DNA of 64,000 nucleotides, from positions 1,054,001 through 1,118,000 of the forward strand of contig CP128815.1 in the NCBI GenBank assembly GCA_051546255.1, given 5' to 3'. Source of the stretch: Meyerozyma guilliermondii (taxonomy: Eukaryota). Below the pieces are notes generated by a model. It was not told the origin of the DNA. It did not search any database and saw only the letters and a program-made list of their open reading frames with translations. This document shows, piece by piece, positions 43,201 to 52,668 of this stretch (position 1 is its first letter; every line of letters begins with the position of its first letter). The position numbers and the translations under genes are program-made.

Positions 43201-44203
43201 TGCAGTCACAAAAACGTTTACCAATGATTTAATTGCAAATTTGAACGGTGTATTTGGAGGATATCTCAACGTCTTATTGCAAAAAGTTAATGTTGCCGAC
43301 TTGACACTTCCAGTCATACTTGCATATTTGGAGACTTACATCTTGGAAAATGAAGAAAACCACGAAAATATTTTCTGCGTGGATGTATTCAAAAAGATCA
43401 GCGAAAAGTACAAGGGCAACTGGAATAAGTTTGTCCGGACCCAAGTCGAAATTATAAACAAGTCCACCGTTGTGGCTGGATGCGGTGTATTACCTTCTAT
43501 GAAGAATGCTGTACAACTTTTATTGGTGGCCGAGTCATCGCTTGAACAAACTTCCAGGGGTATGAATGAGCCTTCTGACACACTCACTCGTTCTCTACTC
43601 GATGATACCTACAAGCAGTTGACAGAGGCTATTATTCATTTGTTCATGAGGGACGATCCTCTTTTGAAGAAGCATGAATTTGATGATAAGGAGAGAGAAT
43701 TAAGAAATGTGAGCATCCTTCAGAACTTGTTCTATGTTACTGAGCAACTCTCTGTTTTCAACTTGAAGAGAGTCAATTCCATGAGAAGTCAGTTAGGAGG
43801 CATTTTCAACAAAGTTCAGGACGTCTATTTCCAAAAAATTTTATCCAAGTCAATTGGAAAGTTGATTGAATTTGTTACCAACTATGAGTCCTTGAGTAAC
43901 ATGGGTGATGGCAAATCAAAGAAGTACAACAAAAAATATGTCAAAACCTTGTTATCTGCATACACCAATAAGGATGTAACGGCAAAAGCACAAGAGTTGC
44001 ACAAGAAATTGGAGAAGCATTTCGTTACTGGTAATGACATGCTTGAAAAGGATTTGCTTGATAGGCTTTGGAAGGATATGGAGAGAAAGTTTGCCGACTA
44101 TTTCACCAGGTTAAACAACATTCTTCGTCATGATTTTGACCGGGACATTGATTATAACATCTCAAAGCAAGACATTCACTCCATGTTTGCTTCCATATAC
44201 TAA
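40298..44203 (+). CDS. SEC3: Exocyst subunit Sec3
   Basis: N-terminal PIP2-binding PH domain (YQLGRTWDMDELKAI), IENDSKGLQVKSINKKLL, LHKKLEKHF; neighbourhood shared with the S. cerevisiae SEC3 region. Confidence 0.92.
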   Translation: MNYPRGPQQRAPGPSTNQVPRPGFQAPRPAGYRPQGPPPGPQDPARMRRMQVDKIIADCYSKVVLDKNGKRVTEASYQTHVNVREYSAFPTHPPPPNLPPSQVGTPKDRILTICTRYTGRTLIQKGKLNDSKNVYQLGRTWDMDELKAITRAGERGIILSLNKDYYWLIPESAERAVKFARHLAQAYGAFMGRYPVLNGYTLQDLKLPPIQKKPTGDAVAPHSEDIQLNEPRPNPQLLKTRSLKRKNLPNPVLPPQPQNADSPQANNLYTDLDFTANGNLPSKPMKVMLVDRPLANSSVTSVNDLASSDYRRLQLDRSQHTFYLDLSKENVAESSNLDQDHSAARSHKSDDSANDSHSFVFTPNTASTQKEPYLPERLQDYVRTSGGRNSPLRNYKHRADSTEQNARKVSENMESSAALGMQLEDKLLGKSSSSRSHRRQSLRGHQRQRLAVQPNDSPDFGIEEVEDDDIDEPALQLKRIEPEKNDDFIEESTKLGDDTTNAIDSSIQDIEDFMDSQLNFDGHHDLFNRTAEISRELNSSTLDETIEETSYSQEDNSTENHRPLELKLKSKIDSGLMGEKDAEVEEILDDINWSTSDNGDILIKKLSHELSALKYNNVKQLVTLDFGHNSISKDMTDSLNELSNLSTVFKRAELGFKFLSHEINSIENDSKGLQVKSINKKLLYNDLKGVLSKISINADDLRDIESFTQFDRLNLLEPLEEKLLDLHYALGAIRNDFEEDSKPTGLGTMKALTQYQSKYESVTTRFTKHFLKFMESQFDLLFEQLNSASDKFYPSAIYHELSNQLIYSSFVFFLKDVSISDFLDLNGIFTEKMSTILEKVLIGRVRTIKNSSTGVSHVSKVLEQTLTRRSRTLRLSARKERFLHKRSLAEGLPEFHVDTISNKNSSEVEDPRAVIELLNETKDLITVLQFFLASMFHYDNNVLDFQDFMKQFPFSQRRRALDNTTLDDAVTKTFTNDLIANLNGVFGGYLNVLLQKVNVADLTLPVILAYLETYILENEENHENIFCVDVFKKISEKYKGNWNKFVRTQVEIINKSTVVAGCGVLPSMKNAVQLLLVAESSLEQTSRGMNEPSDTLTRSLLDDTYKQLTEAIIHLFMRDDPLLKKHEFDDKERELRNVSILQNLFYVTEQLSVFNLKRVNSMRSQLGGIFNKVQDVYFQKILSKSIGKLIEFVTNYESLSNMGDGKSKKYNKKYVKTLLSAYTNKDVTAKAQELHKKLEKHFVTGNDMLEKDLLDRLWKDMERKFADYFTRLNNILRHDFDRDIDYNISKQDIHSMFASIY

Positions 44204-44597
44204 AGGTCTGGTGAGTGTTGAACAAATAGTACTGTAATTATACAACGTATTTCTTTACACTTTTTTGGCTCCTAATACCTCTTCTAAATACTCTAAAGAG
44301 ATGCAATTTTGCAACACACGATGAACGAAAAATATAGTTCAATTGCGTATTAACTGGGTTTAGTGAGACAACATTAACTAAAGAAACAGTTTTTAATCCC
44401 AATTGGTTTTTATTTGTTCTTCAATCTTATTTTACCATTATTTGAATTAATACCGATTTTAAACTTGTTTTCAAGAATTCAAATTTTTGCAACAATTAGA
44501 AATAATGCGAAAGTAACGGAGAGACAGATTTCAAGGTTACATACTCTAATGACGATTTCTTGTCGATGTTGCTTATTATTACGGTTTATTTATCGAA

Positions 44598-45872
44598 CTA
44601 CGCTTGCCTTTTACCTTCTAGCAAAGACTGGGGTAGGAAAGTGTCCACAGTTGATGTTGGAATGGCCGCACCCGTCGGCCACTTTGTGTCTTTTTTGGCA
44701 TCCTTCCAGTCAACTATATCTTCAAAAAACAAGTTATCATTCTCTTTTGTTAGTTTTAAATGTAGCTGAATAAGCTGATCGAAAAGAAAAGTAAGATCTT
44801 TCAAAAAGGCTCCGGAGCTCGATTTGAAAAGCAGCTTATCAATATTCAAGGTGGTCACAGACTGTAAATCTTTAATATACAGCTCATTCTTGTGCGAGGC
44901 AAACTTGGTCTTAAACCTGGTCACTATATTCTTGTTTTTGCCGGGCTTTTCCATCTGTTTTGCTTGAAGGGATAATAGACCATAATTTATCAAACCAAGC
45001 GCTAGTCCTAGTTTGGACTGCTGGTAATAGTCAATTGAAAGAAAGAGAACAGAGTAAGCTGTTGCGTAACTCTGCATGAGGTTCAAGTATGAGAGCCAAT
45101 TTTCATGGCGGAAAAAAATGCAGTTTCTGTCAAAGCTACCGACAAGTTTTTGACAGAATTTCAATTCATCAAGGGCATATATGGCGACTCGAGACAAGGT
45201 ACCATTATTTTTTGTGCTGAAGGAGCCTGCTCTATTGAAATCAAGTCGATTAAGCCATGAAGACTTCACAAGCATGGAGATCTGGGTACTGACGTTGGCC
45301 GTTTTTTCAAGAAGGATAAAGCAATTAGGGTCAATGGCAACTAGATCCAGAGTGCTAGCATGACTCAAGCATTCTAGACCAAAGTTAGCGAGAGAAACTG
45401 CGCTTTTGTACTGCTTAATAACGGGTGTCCATGCTTCAGCTGTATCTTTAAGATTCTCAGGTTCCGTTTCCACCAAGTCATCAATGATTTTGGACGATAA
45501 ACAGGAATGGTTGAGACTCATAGCAGCAGCAACTGTGACGATTTCATGCATTAATGTCCAAGAAATGGCTTCCAGTTTCTTTCCAAATGCCACTTTAGGA
45601 CGTTCAATTCCATGCCATGGAACAGTATCCGAAATTATAATGGACTCTGCAAAATGTATGCTAGACAGTAGCAGCTGGTGATCTTTCGTGGACACGTATT
45701 GGAAGATGGTTTCAAGGTAGTTATTCAATAAGTTCAAATACAATATGAAATCATGGCGACTTTCTAATGATATATCCACGAGCTGTGTTCTTGCTGAAGT
45801 CAATTCTGGAGGTAAATTTGTTACTTTTCTCTTTGTGTTTGACAAAAATGGTGTCCCTGGAAGGACAATCAT
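44598..45872 (-). CDS. Bro1-domain pH-signalling protein, PalC/Rim23-like
   Basis: Helical protein with LSRVAIY, LGLALGLINYG and C-terminal KENDNLFFEDI..P.G.AIP resembling PalC/Ygr122w; recalled similarity only. Confidence 0.6.
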   Translation of the reverse strand: MIVLPGTPFLSNTKRKVTNLPPELTSARTQLVDISLESRHDFILYLNLLNNYLETIFQYVSTKDHQLLLSSIHFAESIIISDTVPWHGIERPKVAFGKKLEAISWTLMHEIVTVAAAMSLNHSCLSSKIIDDLVETEPENLKDTAEAWTPVIKQYKSAVSLANFGLECLSHASTLDLVAIDPNCFILLEKTANVSTQISMLVKSSWLNRLDFNRAGSFSTKNNGTLSRVAIYALDELKFCQKLVGSFDRNCIFFRHENWLSYLNLMQSYATAYSVLFLSIDYYQQSKLGLALGLINYGLLSLQAKQMEKPGKNKNIVTRFKTKFASHKNELYIKDLQSVTTLNIDKLLFKSSSGAFLKDLTFLFDQLIQLHLKLTKENDNLFFEDIVDWKDAKKDTKWPTGAAIPTSTVDTFLPQSLLEGKRQA

Positions 45873-45996
45873 CGCTGGAGGCAGTGGTGTATTAACGTCT
45901 GCCTGTAAGCTTTATCAGGAAAGCTACCTGAATTTCAATGAAAATCAGTGCGAACTTGAGAAAAGTTGAAATCATTGCAAAGACTCATACGATTTA

Positions 45997-48000
45997 ATGA
46001 GGCTCCCAAGCAAGGATTCTGGTGACCAATATGGTATAGTGATAGATGCTGGATCGTCAGGATCACGTATCCAGATCTACAAGTGGCAGAATGCCGACTC
46101 TGCCATGAAAGGTGCCAAAGAAGAAGTGGTATCGTCACCACCTAAAATCGTCCAAGAGAAAGGATGGTCCCGAAAAACCAGTCCAGGTATATCCACATTT
46201 GGTGGTAAGAGAGTAGACAAAATCTGGGATGATCACTTTGAAGATCTTATGGAACACGCCGAATCAATCATACCAGCCGATAAGCATCAAGATACCCCAG
46301 TTTTCGTTTTAGCAACTGCGGGAATGCGTTTATTGAAGAGCTCAGACCAGAAAAAAATCTTGAAAAAAACCTGTAGTGTGTTACGGAAGAAGACAAAGTT
46401 TAGTATTCCCAATTGCAGTGAAAACGTTCAAATCATAGATGGAGAAACTGAAGGTATCTACGGCTGGCTCGCATTGAATTATTTGATGGGTCAGTTTTCA
46501 AATTACTCGCCAGGCAGCGAGGTCCACGAGTCAATTGGGTTTATGGATATGGGTGGCGCCTCTACCCAAATTGCTTTCGTTCCTTCTTCTGCTGAGGAAA
46601 TAAAAAAACACGACGAAGACTTGTCCACTGTAACGCTTAGAAACATTAATGGAGTTACTCAGGAATGGAAACTTTTTGTTCAAACCTGGCTCGGATTTGG
46701 AGCCAATGAGGCTCGCAAGCGATACTTGAATCAGCTTATCAACCTTGCATTGGTGAATTCCGACTTGAAAAATGTCATCAATGATCCTTGTATGCCAAAG
46801 GGCGCAGAGCTCAAGTATAACGTTAAGGAGGGAAAATATACCATTAAAGGAACTGGAAACTACGAAGTTTGCCTCAAGACAATTTACCCGCTTCTTCAAA
46901 AAAATATACCTTGTCCTGAAGAACCCTGTTTGTTCAATGGAGTTCACGGTCCGAAACTCAATTTTGAAAGAGACAAATTTGTCGGTATTTCTGAATACTG
47001 GTATACTGCAAATGATGTGTTTCAAAGTGGAGGAGAGTACAACTACCACAGTTTCAACGAAAAGGTTAAAGAGTACTGTGAGAGTAACTGGAAGGATATC
47101 TTGAAGAATTCAGAAACTGGCAAATATTCCAATCTTGACCCAGAAAAGTTTTTGAAAGATGCATGTTTTAAAGCTAGCTGGGTTTTAGACATTTTGCACG
47201 AAGGGTTTGAACTTCCGAGATTAGGGTTGGAGACTTCTGGCGATAGCAACGAGAAGGACAAAGAGACGATGGATAAGATTGAAAAAACACATGTTCCTTT
47301 CAAGTCAGCAGACTCCATTAACGGAGAGGAACTTTCATGGACATTAGGAAAAGTTCTCTTGTACGCATCGTCCAGAATACAACCAGATAGTCAAGATGCA
47401 CCAACAATTGGGATCAAGCCTAGTGACCTTTCAGGCAAAGCGTTCATAGCCGCGGGCTCCATTCCTAAAAGTTTCAAGACCCCTCAAGACACAGAAAAGG
47501 ATGAACATTTTGGCATGTGGCATGTTTTCTCTCTCATCATTTTCTTCGCTCTCGTATACGTCATTGGTGGAGCAAAATTAAGACATTTATTCGGTACCAA
47601 AATCGTCCCCATTCCTGGCTACCTTCAATTGAAGAGAAAGTTTCAAGATTCGGTACCACATTATTCATTTTTACATTCCTTATTTCCTCAGACTGCTTCA
47701 CGACGTCCCAATGATATCGAAATAGACTTGGAAGAGGGTTTAGTCTCTCAGTCTCCTTCCATGCCGTCTACACCAGCACTTTCAGTACTTCGAACAAGAT
47801 CTAATATTAACCTCGTTGAGGACCCTGAGACTTCACCGGTAGAAGGTGGACAAAGAACATACAACAATTTTATCAACAAACCATTCGTTGTGCCTAAGAA
47901 GAGTCCCTACGGTTTTTCCTATTCGATAGGCGATAACTCAAGCAGAGAAAAACTTTCTCGAACTATGAGCGATACTTCCGTTGCGCGAGCCAAAAAGTAG
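45997..48000 (+). CDS. YND1: Golgi apyrase (GDA1/CD39 family)
   Basis: Apyrase conserved regions IDAGSSGSR, ATAGMRLL, GETEGIYGW, DMGGASTQ, SWTLG; single TM followed by a cytosolic tail. Confidence 0.95.
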   Translation: MRLPSKDSGDQYGIVIDAGSSGSRIQIYKWQNADSAMKGAKEEVVSSPPKIVQEKGWSRKTSPGISTFGGKRVDKIWDDHFEDLMEHAESIIPADKHQDTPVFVLATAGMRLLKSSDQKKILKKTCSVLRKKTKFSIPNCSENVQIIDGETEGIYGWLALNYLMGQFSNYSPGSEVHESIGFMDMGGASTQIAFVPSSAEEIKKHDEDLSTVTLRNINGVTQEWKLFVQTWLGFGANEARKRYLNQLINLALVNSDLKNVINDPCMPKGAELKYNVKEGKYTIKGTGNYEVCLKTIYPLLQKNIPCPEEPCLFNGVHGPKLNFERDKFVGISEYWYTANDVFQSGGEYNYHSFNEKVKEYCESNWKDILKNSETGKYSNLDPEKFLKDACFKASWVLDILHEGFELPRLGLETSGDSNEKDKETMDKIEKTHVPFKSADSINGEELSWTLGKVLLYASSRIQPDSQDAPTIGIKPSDLSGKAFIAAGSIPKSFKTPQDTEKDEHFGMWHVFSLIIFFALVYVIGGAKLRHLFGTKIVPIPGYLQLKRKFQDSVPHYSFLHSLFPQTASRRPNDIEIDLEEGLVSQSPSMPSTPALSVLRTRSNINLVEDPETSPVEGGQRTYNNFINKPFVVPKKSPYGFSYSIGDNSSREKLSRTMSDTSVARAKK

Positions 48001-48068
48001 AAAGCTGTTTGTGGTTTCACGTTTGCGAACGAAATTTATTCTGAAAAAGACAATAATTTCCCTGAAAT

Positions 48069-48488
48069 ATGAAATATTTATCACTCTTAGTGACCGGTAT
48101 GGCCATGCTCCGTTCCATTACAAATGCTGATCCAGAGGTAAATCTGGTAAATGTGGTTATTACAGGCGACGATGTAAAAGATGCTTATGAGTATGCAAAA
48201 GAAAAAGTTCCAGAGAAAGCACGGGGTGTGAAGAATGCCTTTAGGAAGAAGTTGCTTGCTCATTTAGGAGCGGTTGAAATAGACCAAGTTGCCCAAAATG
48301 TTCCAGGACCGGATCTTGCCAAAGCTGCAGCGGATGAGGTCTCACTGCATGCCGAGTCAGAACTGGATTCGGATGACGAATACGCTGGAAGATACAATTC
48401 TCGGCGCATAAGAGCGGGTCTGAATCCGTATTCACAACCAGACGAACCAGAGGAACCTGAAGATAGCGAAATTGACCACTCCACATAG
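48069..48488 (+). CDS. Hypothetical orphan protein, 139 aa, with a hydrophobic N-terminus
   Basis: ATG-to-stop ORF between YND1 and NUG1; CTG read as Ser gives a coherent acidic tract (SSHAESESDSDDE). Confidence 0.6.
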   Translation: MKYLSLLVTGMAMLRSITNADPEVNLVNVVITGDDVKDAYEYAKEKVPEKARGVKNAFRKKLLAHLGAVEIDQVAQNVPGPDLAKAAADEVSLHAESELDSDDEYAGRYNSRRIRAGLNPYSQPDEPEEPEDSEIDHST

Positions 48489-48554
48489 GGCTTGTTATCG
48501 GTTGCAAATCAAGTAGTGCATATAACAATCTCATCTCCATATTTTTTTTTAGCG

Positions 48555-48562
48555 CTCATCGC
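48555..48562 (+). promoter_or_regulatory. PAC element upstream of NUG1
   Basis: CTCATCGC preceded by a T-tract, 26 nt before the ATG. Confidence 0.7.
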
Positions 48563-48588
48563 GGCTTCGAGTAGTAGTACCCTATACC

Positions 48589-50133
48589 ATGAGAGTAAAG
48601 AAACCGACATCCAAAAGGGTGACGACCCGCATGCGGGAAGGTATCAAAAAGAAGGCTGCCGCTCAACACAGAAAAAATAGAAAAGAAGCTAAGAAGGACG
48701 TCACATGGAAGTCGAGAAAGCCAAAAGACCCTGGTATTCCTGCAAGTTTTCCATATAAAGATCGGATTATCAGCGAGTTAGAGGAGAGTAGAAGAGCTGA
48801 TAAAGAGAAGAAAGAACAGCAGAGGCTCCAGAAACAATTGGAGCGCGAGGAGGCTTTGGCTAGAGGCGAAGAGGTAATGGAAGATAACGACGAAGACGAC
48901 ATTGACGATGGTAACGGACTTGGAGCATTGCTTGAATCTGCTCAAAAAGCAGCCAAGGAGTACGATGGAGAACCCGAAGAGACTTCTGATATGGAGGTAT
49001 CTGACGAAGATGTAGAGTACAATATCAGCGAACCAGAAATCGACGAGGATGCCAAAACTGAATGGGAACAATCTCGTAAATTATACGATAAAATCTTCAA
49101 GAATGTTGTTGAGGCTTCCGATGTGGTTCTATATGTCTTGGATGCAAGAGATCCAGAAGCCACCAGATCTCGTAAAGTGGAACAAGCTGTTCTTCAGAAT
49201 CCTGGTAAGCGGTTGATCTTGGTGTTGAACAAGGTTGATCTTATTCCTGCTCCAGTTTTGAAACAATGGCTCAACGTTTTGAAATCTTCCTTCCCAACCG
49301 TGCCGGTGAAAGCATCAATGGGCTCAACCAATTCCACCTCGCACAACAAAGAGCTCACAAATTCGATCACTGCCAAAAACCTTCTTCAAGCATTGAAAAG
49401 CTATGCAGCAAAATCAAATTTGAAGCGTTCAATTGTTGTTGGTGTGATTGGGTACCCCAATGTTGGAAAGTCTTCTATTATCAACGCCTTAACTAACAGA
49501 CACGGAAATAATGCTAAAGCTTGTCCGGTAGGAAATCTCGCAGGTGTAACTACCTCGATGAGAGAAGTCAAAGTTGACAACAAATTAAAGATTTTGGACT
49601 CTCCTGGTATTGTTTTCCCCGACGAGTGGTCTCTGGCTAAAAAACTGAGGTCCAGTACTGAAGCAAAGTTGGCACTTTTATCGGCAATTCCTCCCAAGCA
49701 AATCACCGATCCTTCTTCTGCAGTGAAGCTTCTTTTGAAGAAATTTTCTCAGGATCCTCAAATGGCTGATGGCATGAAAGAGTACTACCAGCTTCCCCCA
49801 TTACCGTCTTCGGACCTTGAAGAGTTTGCAAAGCACTTACTTATTCATGTTGCGAGAACCCGAGGTCGTCTTGGTAGAGGTGGAGTTCCCAATTTGGAAT
49901 CGGCAGCGTTGGCTATTTTAAACGACTGGAGAGATGGTAGACTTATTGGTTGGACCATACCAAAGGCTTCTAAGGCCACTGACACCCCAGCACCTGATGC
50001 CCCAAAAAGTTCGTTGAGAGGAGAAGTTGAACCACCAAAGGTTGCACAAACTACGGTTGTTTCTAGTTGGGCTAAAGAGTTTGATTTGGATGGATTACTC
50101 GGAGACAACTTTGGTCTTGATAACACAGAATAA
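48589..50133 (+). CDS. NUG1: Nuclear 60S-biogenesis circularly permuted GTPase Nug1
   Basis: KDPGIPASFPYK, VLDARDP, NKVD (G4), GYPNVGKSS (G1), DSPG (G3). Confidence 0.96.
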   Translation: MRVKKPTSKRVTTRMREGIKKKAAAQHRKNRKEAKKDVTWKSRKPKDPGIPASFPYKDRIISELEESRRADKEKKEQQRLQKQLEREEALARGEEVMEDNDEDDIDDGNGLGALLESAQKAAKEYDGEPEETSDMEVSDEDVEYNISEPEIDEDAKTEWEQSRKLYDKIFKNVVEASDVVLYVLDARDPEATRSRKVEQAVLQNPGKRLILVLNKVDLIPAPVLKQWLNVLKSSFPTVPVKASMGSTNSTSHNKELTNSITAKNLLQALKSYAAKSNLKRSIVVGVIGYPNVGKSSIINALTNRHGNNAKACPVGNLAGVTTSMREVKVDNKLKILDSPGIVFPDEWSLAKKLRSSTEAKLALLSAIPPKQITDPSSAVKLLLKKFSQDPQMADGMKEYYQLPPLPSSDLEEFAKHLLIHVARTRGRLGRGGVPNLESAALAILNDWRDGRLIGWTIPKASKATDTPAPDAPKSSLRGEVEPPKVAQTTVVSSWAKEFDLDGLLGDNFGLDNTE

Positions 50134-50255
50134 TTAGCATCGGAAAAGAAAGCATAGGAAAATTGTGTAGATATATGTACCATTGCAATTTTCAGTACCG
50201 ATTGGAAATTTCGCAGTCGCAAAAATATTCATTTCTTTGTGCTAGTATCTTGTGG

Positions 50256-51755
50256 ATGGAGGTTGCAAAAAACGACCGCGTCCGAAGTAAAGATGGTTTT
50301 TTAGCAACCGTCAAGTACGTAGGATACCTAACCGATATATGGGGTGAAGAATTGGTTGTGGGGGTGGAATGGGATAAACCAGAAAGAGGAAAAAATAGTG
50401 GAGATATCAAGGGCAAGCATTACTTTCAAACTGAAATTGCTGGTGCTGGATCGTTTCTAAAGCTAAATTCAGGCAAACTAGAGTATGAGCGACTAACATT
50501 TGCTCAAGCTCTATTGAAAAGGTATGGAAAGCAAGTGATTAAAAATGAAACAATTACGTTCGGAACAAAAACAGCGGAGAATTATGGGTTTGACAAACTA
50601 GGTGATTATCAAGCCCATTTTGAAACCCTCTTGTCGGTCTCTTTGGATGCAAGTAACGTGGCAATTCCATTGCTTGAGGGAGAGAAAATTGTTGTTTCAA
50701 GGCTTAAAAATCTCAAGTACTTGGATATAAGTTTTTCGCTCGTCAATCTGTTGAAATTAGTTTGGGAAGTAATTGACTGCATTCCAACGCTTGAGGAGCT
50801 CAGCATAGGCGGTAATAGGTTTTTTGACGTCGAAGATGTATGTTTTTGTGGTGGTTCACCCCATGAACTGTTGAAGATTCTTCGACTCCCAGCATCCAAT
50901 TTTCCGTTCAAGATTCTACCTTTGATATTAAAGAAGTTCCCCAATATCGAAGAAGTTTCACTTGCAGGCAATGGCTATCAAGACTCGGACTTGAAGAGTT
51001 TGAACATCTCGACTTTGAACCGACTTGATTTGTCATTTAACAAGTTAACCACCTTTCCTTCTTCCTGCTCCAACATTCCCTCCATAAACTTGGAAGGAAA
51101 CTTGATATCTTCTTATAAACTAGGAGATATCTCGTCAAAGTCCATCGATTTAAGAGGCAACAAAATAGCCGACTGGGAGTTTTTGGACCAACTCTCAGAA
51201 TCAGCAACGCAGCTTACAGATTTACGCATTAATCGAAATCCTCTCTTTGAGGAAATGTCAATTGATGAGATGACTTTCCTAACAATGGCACGCTTCAAGT
51301 GTGGTCCTAATGGACTTGAAAGTCTCAATGGGTCGCAGCTCAAAAAATCAGAGATTCACGAAGCAGAGTTGTATTTTATATCACAAGTTCGTTCTGGCAG
51401 AGCTCATATAAACCAGGATCGTACTCGCTGGCGAGAAATATCTACGAAGCACAACATAGAAGACTTCACTACGATTACAAAGTCCAACATTAGCGAACTA
51501 GCAAAGAAAAGAATTCAAATTCGTATTCGAAACGGTGAAAATGTGAAAGTCAAACAATTCCTCATTGACAATACAGTTCTTCGCTTGAAAGGAGTCGTTG
51601 CAAGATTATTCCATGTATCCGTTCCCGATTTTGAATTATACTATTTTATAGATGGTCTTGAAACCCAGGAGAAGCAATACCTCGATGATGATATTGCTTT
51701 GCTCGACAGATTCAGTTTTCGGCAAGGTCAAGAGATATTTGTTTCGTTCAGCTGA
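50256..51755 (+). CDS. PAC2: Tubulin folding cofactor E (CAP-Gly, LRR, UBL)
   Basis: GVEWDKPERGKNSG..G..YF CAP-Gly motif, LRRs, AELYFI; ATG at 50256. Confidence 0.9.
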   Translation: MEVAKNDRVRSKDGFLATVKYVGYLTDIWGEELVVGVEWDKPERGKNSGDIKGKHYFQTEIAGAGSFLKLNSGKLEYERLTFAQALLKRYGKQVIKNETITFGTKTAENYGFDKLGDYQAHFETLLSVSLDASNVAIPLLEGEKIVVSRLKNLKYLDISFSLVNLLKLVWEVIDCIPTLEELSIGGNRFFDVEDVCFCGGSPHELLKILRLPASNFPFKILPLILKKFPNIEEVSLAGNGYQDSDLKSLNISTLNRLDLSFNKLTTFPSSCSNIPSINLEGNLISSYKLGDISSKSIDLRGNKIADWEFLDQLSESATQLTDLRINRNPLFEEMSIDEMTFLTMARFKCGPNGLESLNGSQLKKSEIHEAELYFISQVRSGRAHINQDRTRWREISTKHNIEDFTTITKSNISELAKKRIQIRIRNGENVKVKQFLIDNTVLRLKGVVARLFHVSVPDFELYYFIDGLETQEKQYLDDDIALLDRFSFRQGQEIFVSFS

Positions 51756-51761
51756 TTGACA

Positions 51762-52301
51762 TTACTCGGTGAAATCCCATAAACCATCACCAAGATAGTG
51801 AACCAATTCAATACCAATGCCCTTGTTCTTTTCTTTGATTTCATCAGTGCCCATTAACAACTTCCCAATGGCCAAAGCATGTTCTTTTCCCTCAGCATAT
51901 ATCACTACTATGCTGTTCTGTGGTAATGGCTCTTCAGGCAACTTTCCTCCAGCAGAAGTGAGTCCAGGCGACATCACATTGGCTCCAGACAAGACAAACT
52001 TGATTGCTCCACGATCAACTTGTACAGAAGGAAATCCCTGAGGATACTTGTGTACGGTCTTCAAAGTGGGAATGAGATCGTCAAAGTACTGGAATAACAC
52101 CACCTCTCCATCTAAGGCATACAATTGAATTTTGTCTTCACATTTGATCAAAGTTAACTGTGACTTTTTCGGTATGACATTGTCTATGGCAGGCTCCAAC
52201 CCTTCGTACTGGTCAACAAATTTGGCCTTTAAACCTCGTTGAGCAGACGACTTGATATTGGAACGAGAGTGAACATCTTCCTTGGTGAATTTTTTGAACA
52301 T
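51762..52301 (-). CDS. TMA20: PUA-domain translation re-initiation/recycling factor Tma20 (MCT-1)
   Basis: MFKKFTKEDVHSRSNIKSSAQRGLK, VDRGAIKFVLSGANVMSPGLTS, HYLGDGLW; no intron in the coding sequence. Confidence 0.95.
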   Translation of the reverse strand: MFKKFTKEDVHSRSNIKSSAQRGLKAKFVDQYEGLEPAIDNVIPKKSQLTLIKCEDKIQLYALDGEVVLFQYFDDLIPTLKTVHKYPQGFPSVQVDRGAIKFVLSGANVMSPGLTSAGGKLPEEPLPQNSIVVIYAEGKEHALAIGKLLMGTDEIKEKNKGIGIELVHYLGDGLWDFTE

Positions 52302-52384
52302 GATGATCACTTTCTACAAAAGTCGATTTTTCAATTAGGGTCCGAGATTACATAAGCGAATATAGCCCTAGATTTTTATCAACC

Positions 52385-52631
52385 AAATGTCTAGGTTTAT
52401 AATTACAATACCACCATAGGCACGAGCCAGATGTAATCGCACTCAAAGGAAACCGTGTTTGCTTTAGCCCCTTACAAACATTACCCAAATTGAGAAAAGT
52501 TGCATCCAGCTCAAGACCTGAAAAGCGAAAGACAAGCCGAGCGAGGCACGAGGCATCTACATACTACAGTGGAAAAGTTTGTTATTCCTTAAAGACAGGC
52601 AATGTCCTCACTGCAAGTCCCTAAATGGATT
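52385..52631 (-). ncRNA. Candidate box H/ACA snoRNA, snR42-like (3' end approximate)
   Basis: 5' hairpin with upper stem CAGUG-AGGA-CAUUG (52613-52600), pocket strands GGGACU (52621-52616) and CCUGUCU (52599-52593) complementary to 25S rRNA AGACAGG-UU-AGUUUU; H box AUAACA (52585-52580) 14 nt from the pocket; ACA at 52390-52388. Confidence 0.6.
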
Positions 52632-52668
52632 GGTGACCCCTGAAAAAGGTGTCATTCAATGAAAAAAA

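Noticed and set aside
44204..44597. AT-rich gap as a replication origin or centromere
   Set aside because: AT richness alone is not diagnostic; consistent with shared terminators.
52314..52564. Possible 5' UTR intron of TMA20 (GTATGT at 52564 on the minus strand)
   Set aside because: No convincing branch point (best is CCCTAAT), and the donor lies within the candidate snoRNA.
52385..52631. RNase P or RNase MRP RNA as the identity of the RNA after U4 (AAUCCAU start, UGAGUGCGAU)
   Set aside because: The conserved P4/CR-I motif (GGAAANUC/GAAAGUC) and CR-V are absent; H/ACA features fit better.
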